Assembly (NCBI RefSeq): GCF_006345805.1
Contig: NW_021823758.1
Location: 1 to 21,294 of the forward strand
Direction: 5' to 3'
From: Octopus sinensis
Taxonomy: Eukaryota
Length of the DNA stretch: 21,294 nucleotides
A model generated the notes under the pieces. The model saw only the letters and a list, made by a program, of their open reading frames with translations, was not told the DNA's origin and did not search any database. Positions within the stretch are counted from its first letter, which is position 1; each line of letters opens with the position of its first letter. Position numbers and translations under genes: made by a program. Shown piece by piece: positions 1 to 11,275 of the stretch.

Positions 1-282
1 CAACATTGTTAGAATATTTAATGTGTTTCTAGAGAGAGAGAGAGAGAGAGAGAGAGGCAGATGGTGGATTTAGAAATGTTAGTCTGTTTTATTGTGGACA
101 TATTGGGCTATTACATGGGACCACTGTAGAAAGTACAGAAATATTGACCAAAACCATAATGGTCAACATTTGACCATTAATGACAGGAATTGAATGTCTC
201 ACAATAAAAAGATAGAGTTTAATATAAATAAAGATAAAGAAATTTTATTATTAAATGTAAAACTTGGAAATATTTATTTCAG

Positions 283-360
283 AGGCTCCAAAGTTTGAAG
301 ACAGGTGTGTACAAACAGAGGCTATATGTCAGGAATTAGGGGCTGCATCTCAGGCAATTG
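283..360 (+). CDS. Putative 78-nt symmetric (phase 1-1) exon, array copy 1: (E)APKFEDRCVQTEAICQELGAASQAI(G)
   Basis: Flanked by tatttatttcag and gtgagt. Only the phase-1 frame is free of stops. Exon and flanks are homologous to the DD exon at 11904. Actual splicing is not shown by the sequence. Confidence 0.55.
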
Positions 361-612
361 GTGAGTATAAAATAATAGTTCCCAATTGATTTCTGTAAGG
401 TTTTCTTCCCCCGAGTATATTGTGCTTGAAAGAATAACTGAAAACAGCTTCCATTCCTATTTTCCAATTGAACAATTATCTGTATGATAATTGTATTAAA
501 GATATCGATTTACTGTGAGTTTATGAAATACCCATTGAGGTTAATGCTGTTGGTAATAATGTTCAAATTAGAAGACACAATAGAGTAAATTTTGTCATTT
601 GGTCACGGAACT

Positions 613-1450
613 CATCATCATCATCATCATTTAACATCCGTTTCTTATGGCGGCATGGGTCGGACGATTTCACTGGCAAGGCAGTAGGCTGCGTCAGGCT
701 GCAATGTGATCTGGCAAGGTTTCCACATATGTATGCCATTCCTAACGCCAACCACTCCGAGAGTGTGGTGGGTGCTTTTTACGTGCCACCGACACAGGAG
801 CCAGTCGGGGTTGGGGCTGGCATCGACCACGTTCGGATGGTGTTTCTTACGTGCCAACGGCACAGGGAACTAGTCAGGTGGCAGTGACAAGGACCTATGC
901 TTCTATGGTACTTATAACGTGACACAGGAACAGGTGCCAGTCAGGCGGCACTGGCATAGGTCACAACTACAATTTCCATTTTGATTTTGATCTTGATTTG
1001 ATTTTGATTTGTGATTTCTGGTTTTTGGTTTTACTTGACTCAGAAATTCTTCTCAAGCGCAACTTATCACTCTGTGATTCAAGGGTACTTTTAAAAAGGG
1101 CTGGTTATGCGCCACTGGTATAGGCTACAGCTGTGATCTCACTTCACTTGCCGAGTCCTCTTAATCACATCATATTTCCAGAGGTCTCTGTCTCTTGCCA
1201 TTACCTCTGTGAGGCCCAACATTCGAAGGTCGTTTCACCACGTTATCACCTGTCTTCCTGGGTCACCCCTTTCCACGGGTTCGTTCCACTGTTAGGGTGT
1301 AACACTTCTTCCCACAATTCTCCTCATCCATACACATGACAATACCAGTGCAGTTGTCTCTCTTGTACACCACATCTGATGCTTCTTATGTCTAACACTT
1401 CTCTCAGGCCTCTTCACTCTGCCTTGTGTGCACACTGACATCGTTGCATT
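613..1450 (-). mobile_element. 5'-truncated RTE-type LINE (ORF2 C-terminus, 3' UTR, (GAT)n tail), unit 1 copy
   Basis: The minus strand reads, with frameshifts, LREVLDIRSIRCGVQERQLHWYCHV..MDEENCGKKCYTLTVERTRGKG..DLRMLGLTEVMARDRDLWKYDVIKRTRQVK* (stop 1139-1141). The 3' UTR has ~60-bp subrepeats, and (CAT)6 lies at 613-630. Confidence 0.85.
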
Positions 1451-2364
1451 CAAATTATTTAATGAAAGATAGTCATTGTTATTTGACGGAAATGAATTAT
1501 GAATTAGTATTGGCAGTGGACTTGGTTATGGACTTGGTTCTATCTTTTCGTTGCTCATGGAACTACCATAATATTAGCTGTGCTGAGACACAATCATATT
1601 CATAGTAATGAAGGTTATATGTTCTTTACTCAGATTATATACAATCTATATTGATATCTAGTATTGCACCGTCAGGCACAGTGCCATTGTATCACATATA
1701 TACCCAATTATCATGATAATTAATAAGCTATAATTCATTAACTCTCTTACATTTGTATGTATGAAATGTAAACTTATTTTGTCATAGGAACATCGTGTAC
1801 CCTCACCTTACATTTTATATCTTGTTAGGGATCATGTTGGGGAAGGGTGTATGGAATTTGGCTTGTGGAGATGATTTTTAGGGGACAGATTGTGTGCGGG
1901 GTGGGGGGGTATGCACATAAAGGACATTTCTTTATGGGCTTAGTTTCACTTAATTAGAGAGGAATGTTGATTAGTGAATTCTAGAGATGAGAAGACTGTG
2001 CCATGCCATAGATTTGGCACAGTTATAAGAAAAGAAAGACAAAGCTAAGAGAAAACTGGTATGAAGTGTTAATTAAATGAGATAATTGCAACATTGTTAG
2101 AATATTTAATGTGTTTTTAGAGAGAGAGAGAGAGAGAGGGAGAGGGTGGATTTAGGAATGTTAGTCTGTTTTATTGTGGACATATTGAGTTATTACATGG
2201 GACCGCTGTAGAAAGTACAGAAATATTGACCAAAACCATAATGGTCAACAGTTGACCAGTAACGACAGGAATTGAATGACTCACAATAAAAAGATAGAGT
2301 TTAATAAAAATAAAGATAAAGAATGTTTATTATTAAATGTAAAACTTGGAAATATTTATTTCAG

Positions 2365-2442
2365 AGGCTACAAAATGTGAGGACAGGTGTGTACAAACAG
2401 AGGCTACATGTCAGGAATTAGGGGCTGCATCTCAGGCAATTG
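2365..2442 (+). CDS. Putative 78-nt symmetric exon, copy 2: (E)ATKCEDRCVQTEATCQELGAASQAI(G)
   Basis: Same AG/GT splice context as copy 1, open phase-1 frame, no indels. Confidence 0.55.
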
Positions 2443-2694
2443 GTGAGTATAAAATAATAGTTCCCAATTGATTTCTGTAAGGTTTTCTTCCCCCGAGTAT
2501 ATTGTGCTTGAAAGAATAACTGAAAACAGCTTCCATTCCTATTTTCCAATTGAACGATTATCTGTATAATAATTGAATTAAAGATATCGATTTACTGTGA
2601 GTTTATGAAATACCCATTGAGGTTAATGCTGTTGGTAATAATGTTCAAATTAGAAGACACAATAGAGTTAATTTTGTCATTTGGTCACAGAACT

Positions 2695-3530
2695 CATCAT
2701 CATCATCATCATTTAACATCCGTTTCTTATGGTGGCATGGGTCGGACGATTTCACTGGTAGGGCAGTAGGCTGCGTCAGGCTGCAATGTGATCTGGCAAG
2801 GTTTCCACATATGTATGCCATTCCTAACGCCAACCACTTCGAGAGTGTGGTGGGTGCCTTTTACGTGCCACCGACACAGGAGCCAGTTGAAGTTGGGGCT
2901 GGCATTGTCCACGTTCGGATGGTACTTTTTATGTGCCAACGGCACAAGGAGCCAGTCAGGCGGCACTGGCAACAAACAATGTTTGAATGGTACTTATTAC
3001 GTGCCACCGGCACGGGTGCCAGCCAGGCGGCACTGGCATCGGCCGTAATTACAATTTGCATTTTGATTTCGATCTTGATTTGATTTTGATTTGTGATTTC
3101 TGGTTTTTGGTTTTACTTGACTCAGAAATTCTTCTCAAGCGCAACTTATCACTCTGTGATTCAAGGGTACTTTTAAAAAGGGCTGGTTATGCAACACTGG
3201 TATAGGCTACAGCTGTGATCTCACTTCACTTGCCAAGTCCTCTTAATCACATCATATTTCCAGAGGTCTCTGTTTCTTGCCATTACCTCTGTGAGGCCCA
3301 ACTTTCGAAGGTCGTTTCACCACGTCATGCCCTGTCTTCCTGGGTCACCCCTTTGCACGGGTTCTTTCCACTGTGAGGGTGTAACACTTCTTTCCACAGC
3401 TCCCCTCATCCATACCATGACCATACCAGTGCAGTTGTCTATCTTGTACACACATCTGATGCTTCTTATGTCTAACACTTCCCTCAGGCCTCTTCACTCT
3501 GCCTTGTGTACACACTGACATCGTTGCGTT
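2695..3530 (-). mobile_element. RTE-type LINE 3' fragment, unit 2 copy
   Basis: Same insertion point and 5' truncation as unit 1. Contains QLHWYGH..MDEGSCGKKC, with the (CAT)n tail at 2695-2712. Confidence 0.85.
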
Positions 3531-3773
3531 CAAATTATTTAATAGAATATAGTCATTGTTATTTGACCGGGAAATGAATTAATTCATTAGTATTTGGCAG
3601 TGGACTTGGTTATATCTTTCTTCGTTTGCTCATGGAACTACCATAATATTAGCTGTGCTGAGAGACAATCATATTCATAGTAATGAAGGTTATATGTTCT
3701 TTACTCAGATTATATACAATCTATATTGATATCTAGTATTGCACCGTCAAGCACTGTGCCATTGTATCACGTA

Positions 3774-4340
3774 CACTTGCGTCGGCAATTAATTAGCACG
3801 TCTCAAATTTCTACATTTTGTTACATTTTCTTAATTTAATTAACTTATTATCAGAAACGAACTCGTTTTTAATCAAAAATTTATTAAAACATATCCCAGC
3901 ACACCACATAATTGATATTAATCGTGAAATTTAGTCAATATCTTGTTGCTCCTCCTTTGGCAGCAATGACTGCTGCTACGCGGGTCGGCATGCTGTCTAT
4001 GAGTGCCTGCAGGTACTGTGCAGGGATGGCCCCTCATGCAGCAAGAAGTGCCCCAAACAGCTCGTGTCGGTTCCTGTATTGCTGCACATTCAAATCCCTA
4101 CCCAATCGACTCCAGAGGTTCTCAATAGGGTTCAGGTCAGGTGTCTGGCCAGCACGTACTCCTCGCCACCAAAGAGGTATCCCGTACTATCTCAACGTAC
4201 TTTGCTGCGTTGATGTTGCCTTCGACGGCATAGAGCCGCCCAACACAACTGTAGCTGAACGCCCCTCACACCATCAGGCCACCCCCACCATGCTTCATGG
4301 TGAGCAAATCAAGGGTGCTAATTAATTTCTGACGGTAGTG
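3774..4340 (-). mobile_element. Internally deleted Tc1-family (DD34E-type) DNA transposon, 567 bp
   Basis: 26-bp TIRs at 3774-3799 and 4315-4340 (22/26 match), TA duplication at 3772-3773 and 4341-4342, and empty sites in units 1 and 3. Minus-strand remnants read TMKHGGGGLMV*GAFSYSCVGRLYAVEGNINAAKYVEI and TPDLNPIENLW...LIDSMPTRVAAVIAAKGGATRY* (3935-4147, internal stop 4034-4036). Confidence 0.93.
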
Positions 4341-5004
4341 TATATACCCAATTATCAAGATAAATAATTAGCTATAATTCATTAACTCTCTTACATTTGT
4401 ATGTCTGAAATGTAAACTTATTTTGTCATAGGAACATCGTGTACCCTCACCTTACATTTTATATCTTGTTAGGGATCATGTTGGGAAAGGGTGTATGGAA
4501 TTTGGCTTGTGGAGATGTTTTTTAGGGGACAGATTGTGTGCGGGTTGGAGGGTATGCATATAAAGGACATGTCTTTATGGGTGCAGTTTTACTTAATTAG
4601 AGAGGAATGTTGATTAGTGAATTCTAGATATGAGAGGACTGTGCCATGCCATAAATTTGGCACAGTTATAAGAAAAGAAAGACAATGCTAAGAGAAAACT
4701 GTCATCAAGTGTTAATTAAGTGAGATAATTGCAACATTGTTAGAATATTTAATGTGTTTTTAGAGAGAGAGAGAGAGAGAGAGAGGGTGGATTTAGGCAT
4801 ATTAGCCTGTTTTATTGTGGACATATTGGGCTATTACATGGGACCACTGTAGAAAGTACAGAAATATTGACCAAAACCATAATGGTCAACAGTTGACCAG
4901 TAACAACAGGAATTGAATGTCTCACAATAACAAAATAGAGTTTAAAAAAATAAAGATACAGACATTTTATTTTTAAATGTAAAACTTGGAAATATTTATT
5001 TCAG

Positions 5005-5082
5005 GTGCTCCAAAGTGTGAGGACAGGTGTGTACAAACAGAGGCTACATGTCAGGAATTAGGGGCTACATCTCAGGCAATTG
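5005..5082 (+). CDS. Putative 78-nt symmetric exon, copy 3: (G)APKCEDRCVQTEATCQELGATSQAI(G)
   Basis: Same AG/GT splice context, open phase-1 frame, no indels. Confidence 0.55.
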
Positions 5083-5334
5083 GTGAGTATAAAATAATAG
5101 TTCCCAATTGATTTCTGTAAGGTTTTCTTCCCCCGAGTATATTGTGCTTGAAAGAATAACTGAAAACAGCTTCCATTCCTATTTTCCAATTGAACAATTA
5201 TCTGTATAATAATTGAATTAAAGATATCGATTTACTGTGAGTTTATGAAATACCCATTGAGGTTAATGCTGTTGGTAATAATGTTCAAATTAGAAGACAC
5301 AATAGAGTAAATTTTGTCATTTGGTCATGGAACT

Positions 5335-6181
5335 AATCATCATCATCAACATCACAATCGTTTAACGTCCGTTTTTTATGGTGGCATGGATTGGATGATT
5401 TCACTGGCAAGGCAGTAGGCTGCGTCAGGCTCGAAAGTGATCTGGCAAGGTTTCCACATATGTTTGCCATTCCTAACGCCAACCACTCCGAGAGTATGGT
5501 GGGTGCTTTTTACGTGCCACCGACACAGTAACCAGTTGAAGTTGGGGCTGGCATCGACCACGTTCGGATGGTGCTTTTTACGTGCCAACGGCACAGGGAA
5601 CCAGTCAGGCGGCACTGGCAACAAACAATGTTTGAATGGTACTTATTACGTGCCACCGGCACGGGTGGAAGCCAGGCGGCTCTGGCATCAGCCATGATTA
5701 CAATTTGCATTTTGATTTCGATCTTGATTTGATTTTGATTTGTGATTTCTGGTTTTTGGTTTTACTTGACTCGGAAATTCTTCTCAAGCGCAACTTATCA
5801 CTCTGTGATTCAAGGGTACTTTTAAAAAGGGCTGGTTATGCGCCACTGGTATATGCTACAGCTCTGATCTCACTTCACTTGCCGAGTCCTCTTAATTACA
5901 TCATATTTCTAGAGGTCTCTGTCTCTTGCCATTACCTCTGTGAGGCCCAACGTTCGAAGGTCGTTTCACCACGTCATGCCCTGTCTTCCTGGGCCACCCC
6001 TTTCCACGGGTTCGTTCCACTGTTAGGGTGTAACACTTCTTCCCACAGCTCTCCTCATCCATACACATGACCATACCAGTGCTGTTGTCTCTCCTGTACA
6101 CCACATCTGATGCTTCTTATGTCTAACACTTCTCTCAGGCCTCTTCACTCTGCCTTGTGTACACACTGACATCGTTGCGTT
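5335..6181 (-). mobile_element. RTE-type LINE 3' fragment, unit 3 copy
   Basis: Same position and truncation. Contains MDEESCGKKCYTLTVERTRGKGWPRKT and a degenerate (CAT)n tail. Confidence 0.85.
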
Positions 6182-7103
6182 CAAATTATTTAATGAAAGA
6201 TAGTCATTGTTATTTGACCGGGAAATGAATTAATCATTAGTATTTGGCAGTGGACTTGGTTATATCTTTCTTCGTTTGCTCATGGAACTACCATAATATT
6301 AGCTGTGCTGAGACACAATTATATTCATAGTAATGACGGTTATATGTTCTTTACTCAGATTATATACAATCTATATTGATATCTAGTATTGCACCGTCAA
6401 GCACAGTGCCATTGTATCACATATATACCCAATTATCATGATAATTAATAAGCTATAATTCATTAACTCTCTTACATTTGTATGTCTGAAATGTAAATTT
6501 ATTTTGTCATAGGAACATCGTGTACCCTCACCTTACATTTTATATCTTGTTAGGGATCATGGTGGGGAAGGGTGTATGGAATTTGGCTTGTGCAGATGTT
6601 TTTTAGGGGACAGATTGTGTGCGGGTTGGAGGGTATGCATATAAAGGACATGTCTTTATGGGCTCAGTTTTACTTAATTAGAGAGGAATGTTGATTAGTG
6701 AATTCTAGAGATGAGAGGACTGTGCCATGCCATAGATTTGGCAGTTATAGAAAAGAAAGACAAAGCTAGAGAAAAACTCTTATCAAGTGTTAATTAAATG
6801 AGATAATTGCAACATTGTTAGAATATTTAATGTGTTTTTTTAAGAGAGAGGAGAGAGAGAGAGAGAGAGACAGAAGTGAGGGGGTTGGATTTAGAGATGT
6901 TAGTCTGTTTTATTGTGGACATATTGGGCTATTACATGGGACCACTTTAGAAAGTACAGAAATATTGACCAAAACCATAATGGTCAACAGTTGACCAGTA
7001 ACGACAGGAATTGAATGTCTCACAATAACAAGATAGAGTTTAATAAAAATAAAGATAAAGAAAGTTTATTATTAAATGTAAAACTTGGAAATATTTATTT
7101 CAG

Positions 7104-7181
7104 GGGCTCCAAAGTTTGAGGACAGGTGTGTACAAACAGAGGCTATATGTCAGGAATTAGGGGCTGCATCTCAGGCAATTG
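7104..7181 (+). CDS. Putative 78-nt symmetric exon, copy 4: (G)APKFEDRCVQTEAICQELGAASQAI(G)
   Basis: Same AG/GT splice context, open phase-1 frame, no indels. Confidence 0.55.
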
Positions 7182-7432
7182 GTGAGTATAAAATAATAGT
7201 TCCCAATTGATTTCTGTAAGGTTTTCTTTCCCCGAGTATATTGTGCTCGAAAGAATAACTGAAAACAGCTTCCATTCCTATTTTCCAATTGAACGATTAT
7301 CTGTATAATAATTGAATTAAAGATATCGATTTACTGAGAATTTATGAAATACCCATTGAGGTTAATGCTGTTGGTAATAATGTTCAAATTAGAAGACACA
7401 ATAGAGTTAATATTGTCATTTGGTCATGGAAC

Positions 7433-7433
<1 letters not shown>

Positions 7434-7469
<36 letters not shown>

Positions 7470-7748
7470 CATCATCATCATCGTTTAACGTCCGTTTTTA
7501 TAGTAGCATGGGTCGGACGATTTCACTGGCAAGGCAGTAGGCTGCGCCAGGCTCCAACGTGATCTGGCAAGGTTTCCACATATGTATGCCATTCCTAATG
7601 CCAACCACTCCGAGAGTGTGGTGGGTGCTTTTGAGTGCCACCAACACAGGAGCCAGTTGAGGTGGGAGCTAGCATTGACCACGTTCGGATGGTGCTTTTT
7701 ACTTTCCCCCGGCACAGGGAACCAGCCAGGCGGAACTTGCAACAAACC
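7434..7748 (-). mobile_element. RTE-type LINE 3' UTR and tail, unit 4 copy, cut at the array boundary
   Basis: About 16 CAT repeats (7434-7481) followed by the same 3' UTR, which ends within the subrepeats. Confidence 0.8.
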
Positions 7749-8099
7749 ACTGAATAACATTGTTATAAATTAAAAGGATTAAAAATCAAATCTCTAAGAT
7801 TATAAGTATAATGATCATTAACGTTGATTAAATATTAAATTTAGTATTGAACGGTGAACATCTGTTTGCATTTAAACAAAATATTGGTGTTGACATAAAA
7901 TATAAAGATAGGAATTAAATATGAGTTCCCTGTGTGACTTGATCTCACAAATCCTTGTTTGTAACTATATATAATATACACTTATTACATTGTTTGAACA
8001 ACATTTACCATCCATATAGTCATTCTTTTTCTCACTCTTGTTAGATTTTAGATGATATTAATGCTAAAAGAGGCACAGTTTTCTGAGTGTTTCACCCTT

Positions 8100-8425
8100 T
8101 GGTTTTAGTTCTGACTTGATTGTTGCATTCAAATTTGACTACTCCCACAGCTGTTGTCATCCTTTGTCAGGTTCAACTTCTTATTTCCTTCAATTTGGAT
8201 CTCCTGGCACTTCTTTATCCACATTTTTTAAATCCCCCATACTCCTCCCATATCTGTACCATCTCGTCTCTTGTGCGCTATCTCTGAAACTTCTAAACCC
8301 TAGTTTTGCTTCCAGCTCATCTCTGCTCCGGGACTTCAGCACATTAATATTACACTTCTTTTGAAGTATGCTCACTTCATTTTTTAACAGTTTTCATACA
8401 CCCTCTATACTCTGTGAAACATTCC
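8100..8425 (-). mobile_element. Degenerate RTE-type LINE ORF2 C-terminal fragment (paralogous to 13040-13660)
   Basis: The minus strand reads ..SRDELEAKLG..WIKKCQEIQIEGNKKLNLTKDD and aligns by eye to 13100-13350. Confidence 0.65.
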
Positions 8426-8444
8426 ATTTTACAAATACACATCA

Positions 8445-9058
8445 GGGTTCACCAACGATCAGTCCTCAGCCCGCTCTTATTCCTTATAGTCCTCCAGGCA
8501 ATAACAGGGAAATTCCAAGACAGGCTGCCCCTGGGAGCTCCTCTGTGCTGATGACCTTGGTCTAATAGTTGAGTCAATGCCAGAACTGGAGACAAAGTTT
8601 GGGGTGTGGAAGCAAGGTCTAGAATCGAATGGCCTTAGGTTTAACATAGCCAAACCCAAAGGCCTGGTAAGTAGGAAGGTTGAAAATCACAACCCCTTTC
8701 AAGTAGATGACCCTGCTCTATCTGTAGAAATGGAGAGGGTAGAAACTCCACACGATGTACCCGGTGTAAGCTATGGACGCATAATAAGTGCAGCTATATC
8801 AAAGGAAGGTTAACCATGAAAATAGATTTTGTAAGTGGCAGGTGCTCTGGGGCAATAAACACTGTAGATGTACAGAAAACAGATTCCATCACATGTCAGG
8901 GGAAGAAACTAATAGTTAATAGCTTCTGCTACCTAGGTAACCAAGTCTGTAGTTGGGATGGTTGCTCTGAGCGTGTAGCGACTAGAGTAAGAATAGCTGG
9001 GTAAAGTTCAGAGAGATGCCGCCTCTGCTGGCAACTAAAGTCCTTCTTTAAGGTGATA
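8445..9058 (+). mobile_element. Degenerate RTE-type reverse transcriptase fragment with a Cys/His finger insert
   Basis: With frameshifts it reads VHQRSVLSPLLFLIVLQAI..KTGCPWELLCADDLGLIVES..GLRFNIAKPK..CSICRNGEGRNSTRCTRCKLWTHNKC..SFCYLGN..RVRIA. The YADD motif appears as CADD. Confidence 0.85.
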
Positions 9059-9066
9059 AGTTGTGA

Positions 9067-9270
9067 ACTGAGTAGGTTTTGGCTACTAATTCTAGCAGAT
9101 CTCTCTACTACATGGAAATCCCTTTCTTAGTTTGTCTCCCTTGTTGTTAGAGATTAACTGCGGAAATAACGATACACTTTGAAATTTCATTTGTTGATGT
9201 TGTTGTTGTAAGTCCCATCATCTCCCTAGACACTTCCTCTGCTGTATAGACAAAATTAAAATCATGTGAA
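9067..9270 (+). repeat. Diverged copy of the sequence downstream of the DD stop codon (14670-14870)
   Basis: An exact 21-mer gctactaattctagcagatct occurs at 9082-9102 and 14683-14703, followed by about 170 bp of gapped similarity (..ttgttaga..ctttgaaat..ttgttg..tccctaracact..tagaca). Confidence 0.75.
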
Positions 9271-10019
9271 ATTCTTCCAAAAATGAAATGTGTAATTCCA
9301 TTTTGTAAAGCTTGCTTAAAAACATATTTTGCTTTCAAGTAGAACCATCTTGTAGACACAATTGTCAATAAATATATGGTTTCTATTTCTCGCAGCCAAT
9401 ATTTTTACATTAGGAGTATTCCGTATGAATTCAAACAAAATTTAAAAGGAAGAAACTTTTCACTTGACCAACTCAGATTTGGCTCAGATGGTTTTTGGTA
9501 ATGCATAAAGAATACATGTATAATTAGTGTTCAACCACTAAGGGTTTCAATGATATGCCCTACCGAACTTTGAGGGCCACACCCCTCGTGGAGCAAGAAT
9601 GTCAATTTATACGATTTTGGTGCTGAACGCTTTTAAAACTATTCATATTTGTCTGAAATTGGCTACAGCGTGTAATCTGCAATCAGATCGGCCAGAATCT
9701 GCTATCAGAATTCCTCTATTATCTTCCTCCATATTCACGTTATTGGCCTTTCAAATAGGAACATTTTCATGGGCGGAATTTTTTTTTTAAATCAATATTC
9801 AAGGGACCCCCATTGGGCCATGATGTAATACAAGAAAACGTGTGGTGCGTTTTTTCGCTTTCAGGATTGATCTGTCCATGGTAAGCATACTGATAATGCT
9901 CAAGGCATAATATAACATTTAGAGGCTCCTGAAAATGGCTCAGGGTGAAAAAATAACATTGGTTGTGTGAAATATGAAAGTGAGAGGAAAATGCCGTGTC
10001 TTAGATTTGGCCCAAATGT

Positions 10020-10270
10020 AAGAAAGGAAAAACAGAAGAGAAAAGCAGGGTGTCAAGTGATAATAAATGTGATAATTACCACATTGTTAGATTATGTAGA
10101 GCATCTTAATAGAAAGAGGAGATTTAGGAAGGTTGGTCCATTTTGTTGTGGACATAATATTGAGCTATTACATAGGAAATCTGTAGAAAATATGAAAATG
10201 TTAACCGAAGCCATAGTGGTTTCTCATTGCGCATTGTAGAAAGGATTATCAATACAAATAAAGAAATTTT
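10020..10270 (+). repeat. Diverged partial copy of the intron segment that precedes the array and DD exons; no exon follows
   Basis: acattgttag..gatttagga..ttgtggacat..attacat..ctgtagaaa..accgaagccatagtgg matches unit positions ~2030-2330, then breaks into HERO-like sequence. Confidence 0.7.
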
Positions 10271-10334
10271 ACAAGACTCGAGTGCCACAAAAGCAGCCCC
10301 TTGAGAAAGTGGCACAAAACTTAGTTAATGACCA

Positions 10335-10800
10335 CAAAAATTATTGATGGAAGCAATAGACTTCTTTTATATATGCGAAAGGTGTTGCTATAACAACTTC
10401 AAAATGTGCTTCATGAAAGAAAACTTCACAACAGACTGGCACCTTCTTGAGATTGGAATTGCTGTAGTTTGTACAGCATTTGTTTTCTGCTTATGATGGA
10501 GATTTTATGATCAGCAGGTTGATCATAAGAAACGGCTCAAGTGGATTCATCTAAAGAGACTCCATGGATGACATCACAATACTAACAAGAGACCCAAAGA
10601 TATGCAAATAGTTCTGGATCAACTAATTACTTGGTGAATAATGAAGGTTAAAGTAAATACGTAATGCAGTCTGTCATTTGTCATATTTAAGCAGAAGCAA
10701 GTAAATTTCAAAAATAACTGGAGAAACGAGACCAAATGTTAAAGACAATCCTATATAAAGATTAGGACGATGGTGTGCTAGCTTGCTGTCTGGTAGGAAA
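10335..10800 (+). mobile_element. Degenerate HERO-like (REL-endonuclease clade) non-LTR RT fragment, central RT motifs
   Basis: Remnants KLLMEAIDFFYI, YNNFKMCFMKENFTTDWHLLEIGIAVVCT, MDDITILT (MDD at 10564-10572) and LITW..MK..GETRPNVKDNPI*RLGRW (10762-10773). Clade assignment is from recalled motifs. Confidence 0.55.
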
Positions 10801-10969
10801 CGAGGAATTGATACATACCTTGTCACAGATGTAAGAATTATAAGCAGTAGATACGCCAAAGTGTATTATGATGCACAAATACCATGTATCAAAATGTCAA
10901 CATCATGTCTGCTGTTCAATACTCTGTAAACATTGTAAAGCTGCAACGGAGTCTACGAAGCAGTGACCA

Positions 10970-11275
10970 GCATGTCTTCAGATGTGTCTCCAGTGAAGCT
11001 GACGTCTTTGAACGCAGCCTTAAGTTCAATTCAGATGGCTGTTAATGCTCCTAGAGACGGTGGTCAAATCTGGCTGGACATGGTCGCTGTTCGAAGGCCT
11101 TATACATGACAGCAGAATGCAGTTCCTTTCCATACCAGCAGGAAGAATCAGAAGTGACTGTCGGAGAATTTATACGGCTTCCATGGACCCATGTTTAGCC
11201 TCCTAATTGCCTTGATTGTAATCCCATGGATTATTATGTCTGGAGCAGAGTTGAAAAAGAGACCATCCGCTCTGA
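10970..11275 (+). mobile_element. Degenerate mariner-like transposase fragment, DD37D (maT) type
   Basis: Remnants CVSSE.DV..FE..L..NSDG, WLDMVAVRRPYT*QQN(D)AVPFHTSRKNQK*LSEN and *PPNCLDCNPMDYYVW. There are 37 residues between the second catalytic position (11116-11118, mutated to N) and the final D (11229-11231) after one frameshift. TIRs were not found. Confidence 0.75.

Larger units (their letters stand above)
1..7748 (+). repeat. Tandem array of ~2.08-kb units: 1-2088, 2089-4731 (includes Tc1 insertion), 4732-6809, 6810-~7748 (partial)
   Basis: The anchor caacattgttagaatatttaatgtg recurs at 1, 2089, 4732 and 6810. Each unit has a variable (AG)n tract, the 78-nt exon, an RTE 3' fragment with (CAT)n and, in complete units, a shared AT-rich tail. 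Similarity stops abruptly near 7748. Confidence 0.97.

Noticed and set aside
563-6104. Recurrent 60-145 aa ORFs on both strands in each unit (e.g. 563-751, 2727-2975, 5636-6070) and the plus-strand ORF 3912-4325
   Set aside because: They lie in the RTE 3' UTR, are antisense to RTE ORF2, or are antisense to the Tc1 transposase. They have no splice or domain support.
7344-7562. Poly-His ORF
   Set aside because: It is the (CAT)n tail of the RTE element read on the opposite strand.
1-7748. Regularly spaced repeats suggesting a CRISPR-like or prokaryotic system
   Set aside because: The period is about 2 kb with near-identical interiors, spliceosomal signals and eukaryotic TEs. There are no short repeats with unique spacers and no cas-like ORFs.
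9865-9880. 16-nt micro-exon candidate (ttttttcgctttcag|GATTGATCTGTCCATG|gtaagc) that could have fixed the frame of exon 11904 without an indel
   Set aside because: Entering in phase 1 it creates TG+A = TGA at the junction with 11904. Using its terminal ATG as a start gives AGT CTC TAA. No coding role is supported, though a non-coding exon cannot be excluded.
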